Positions 61,471-64,000 of a stretch of DNA of 64,000 nt are shown here, in pieces (positions within the stretch are counted from its first letter, which is position 1; each line of letters starts with the position of its first letter). The DNA lies in assembly GCF_006345805.1 (NCBI RefSeq), contig NC_043019.1, positions 28,457,360 to 28,521,359 on the forward strand, in the 5' to 3' direction. Position numbers and translations under genes: made by a program. Below the pieces are notes generated by a model that saw nothing but the letters and a program-made list of their open reading frames with translations, ran no database searches and was not told where the DNA came from. The DNA comes from Octopus sinensis (Eukaryota).

Positions 61471-63124
61471 GTGAAACGCATAGATCTATTTAAGTGACGG
61501 GGTTCTCAAACCAGTGTACAGGTACCTCTAGGAGTATGCAAGATTTGTAAAATCACTGGATCTCTGAAGTAATCATAACCAACTAAATGCACTTTACTTA
61601 TCGTGTTCACCTGATACACAATAAGCTAGCTGGATGTCAGCTTTAAGATCACTGAACATTGTACTATTTCAATCAGTTATTTCCCTAGTTGTCTGCTACA
61701 TTTGCCCCAAGATGGTCAAACTTAGCATCTTCAAAACATATTTTCTTATATCTTCTGTTGTTCCCAAACATATCTGGCAAAAGGCTGAAGTTACATAAAA
61801 GATTCTGTTAGTTGTTTCAGTCATTAGACTGAGGCCATGCTGGGGCACCACCTTGAATGGTTTAGTTGGACAAACCAGCCTTAGTGCTATATCATCATCA
61901 TCATCAGTTAATGTCTGCTTTCCATGCTAGCATGGGTTGGATGATTTGACTGAGGTCTGGCGAACCAGATTCCAATCTGATCTGGCAGAGTTTCTACAGC
62001 TGGATGCCCTTCCTAATATATATATATATATATTTTTAAGTTTGGTACTAATTCTATTGGTCTCTCTTTTGCGGAGCTGTGAAATTTATGGGGACGTGAA
62101 CAAACCAACACCAGCTGTCGAGCAAATACAATCACAGATACAAACACACACTAGGGGGAGTCAAAAAGTAATCTTTTTTATCTTAAGAGGCATATTTTCC
62201 AATTTACTCTTGGTTTTTAATTATCTTTTTTCCTCCCCCACTTCTCCCAGGTATATGTTGTCTGGGGACTACCATAGCAAAGAATAGACCCAACATTTTC
62301 TCTGCATGTCATTAAAGGTAACTCAAAGAGATTGAGGTAGGATTTGCACTTCAACCTTGTAAAACCCTCACCAGCAATTGAAATGCATTACTTTTTGACT
62401 AACATAATTCAAATTTATATTAAAAAAAAAAAAATCAAGATAGGTGAGGGAACAAACACATACACACACATTGGGCTTCTTTCAGTTTCTGGCCTAGGAT
62501 ATAGTAAAAGATACTTGTCCAAAGTGTCACACAGTGGAACTGAACCTGGGATCATGTAGTTAGCAACCAAACTTCTTACCACCCATGCCGATGAAGTTAT
62601 GTCTAGTTTTTGTTTTATTCATAAAAGGTCTTCCTTGAAACATAATATTCACCTACAATACCGAGGGAACTTCTGTGATACTGAGTTGTGGATCCGATTG
62701 TAGAGTGTTGAATGTCATCTTTGATGTGCAGATATGTATTGTATGATTCATAGGAGTGGCTGTTGGTAACAAGTTTGCTTCCCAACCACATGGTTTTGGG
62801 TTCAGTTCCACTGCATGGTTCCTTGGATAAATGTCTTCTACTATAGCTTTGGGCTAACCAAAGCCTTGTGAGTGAATTCGATGGACAGAAACTGAAAGAG
62901 GGCTGTCATGTTTGTGTTTGTCCTACCACTTAACAACCAGTGATGGTTTGTTTACATCCCCGTAACTTGGTTGATTAGGTGAAGGAGAACAATAGAATAA
63001 GCACCAGTCCTAAAAAAAGTAAGTGCTTGGGGTTAATTTGTTTGACAAAAACCCTTCAAGGCAGTGCCCCAGCTTGACCACAGTTCAATGACTGAAATCA
63101 ATTAAAAGATGAAGGATGCATTTT

Positions 63125-63800
63125 GTATGTAAACACCACTTCCAGTGTTCAAATCTGTTCTTGATGATGATGAAGACACAGTGGATTTTGTCAAATACAA
63201 TCGTCTAAATATGAGGATACTGCATGTGTTAAAAGCCAATTAAATGCTGAAAAAGAGGTGCTTTTGTTTCATGGAGAAGTGGGATGAATTTCAAGATATA
63301 ATGTGGTAGCCTGGATTGTTGGAGGGATGAAAAAGGGAACTGAAAGATTTTTTTTTTCTTTAAAAAAATCAGAATGATCAATGAATCAAGTTTGCAGATA
63401 AAACAACCAGAAGGACAAGTTAGCTTTCTAGAATAATCCTTTTTCTACTCTAGGAACAAGGTCTGAAATTTTGTGGAAGGGAGCTGGTCAATGACATCAG
63501 CCCCAGTACACAATTGGTACTTATTTCATTACTCTTAGAAAGAAGAAACGCAAACCTTGGTGGAATTTGAACTCAGAATGTAAAGCCAGAAGAAACAACA
63601 TGATGCATTTTGTCAGGCATGCTAACAATTCTGCCCAAACTTACCAAAATATTTCCTCACAACCTAATACAGATGGCAAAGCTTTTCACAGAAACCCGAT
63701 TTCTGAAATAGGCTTCGTCAATGAATTAAAAATCTTTCTGGTGAAACTTGAGTTGTGCAAAAGAGAAATTGATGAGGATACATTAAGTCTTTGAGAACAG
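63125..63800 (+). mobile_element. hAT (Charlie/Buster-type) transposase relic interrupted by a SINE (~63430-63640)
   Basis: FKSVLDD...VDFVKYNRLNMR, AEKEVLLFHGEV (cf. LLxHTEVRW), ELKIFLVKLELCKREI. Confidence 0.6.
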
Positions 63801-64000
63801 AAGTGAAACTCTCTTACATTTCTGGAAGTAGGGGACATTAATGGAAGCAGTATGTCAGCTCAGAATAATTTCATTTGCTACATGATAAGTTATGTACTAA
63901 TCTTATTAATCATCATCATCGTTTAACGTCCACTTTCCATGCTAGCATGGGGTGGACGATTTTGACTGAGGTCTGGCAAACCAGATGGCTGCACCAGACT

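Overview
AT-rich, intron- and repeat-dominated animal genomic DNA. The SINE families and microsatellite density resemble Octopus; this is an inference, not a database match. The one clear host gene is on the minus strand and encodes a complete PLP-dependent kynurenine/alpha-aminoadipate aminotransferase (AADAT/KAT II-like). I reconstructed it by hand as 11 GT-AG coding exons from 41430 to 20620, totalling 1278 nt (425 aa plus stop), with catalytic motifs retained. Candidate non-coding or alternative first exons and a TATA/CCAAT promoter lie at 45.6-49.1 kb. The rest is tRNA-derived SINEs, decayed LINEs (L1/Tx1, RTE, CR1, Dong/R4), a Gypsy 5' fragment, mariner/Tigger/hAT relics, hAT/piggyBac/Tc1 MITEs, non-autonomous Helitrons and simple repeats. 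Nearly all listed ORFs are microsatellite or repeat artefacts. The most unusual items are: (i) at least five different repeat families carrying hammerhead-ribozyme cores, including a foldback with two opposed hammerheads in an AADAT intron; (ii) a 3-kb tandem duplication whose two copies carry different Dong/R4-type 3' ends at the same (TAA)n site; (iii) a 1.4-kb composite with ~225-bp inverted arms enclosing an array of STAT-like palindromes; (iv) a candidate upstream exon giving an in-frame 24-aa N-terminal extension. All coordinates were counted by hand. Exon boundaries were cross-checked by phase and length; repeat boundaries are approximate.
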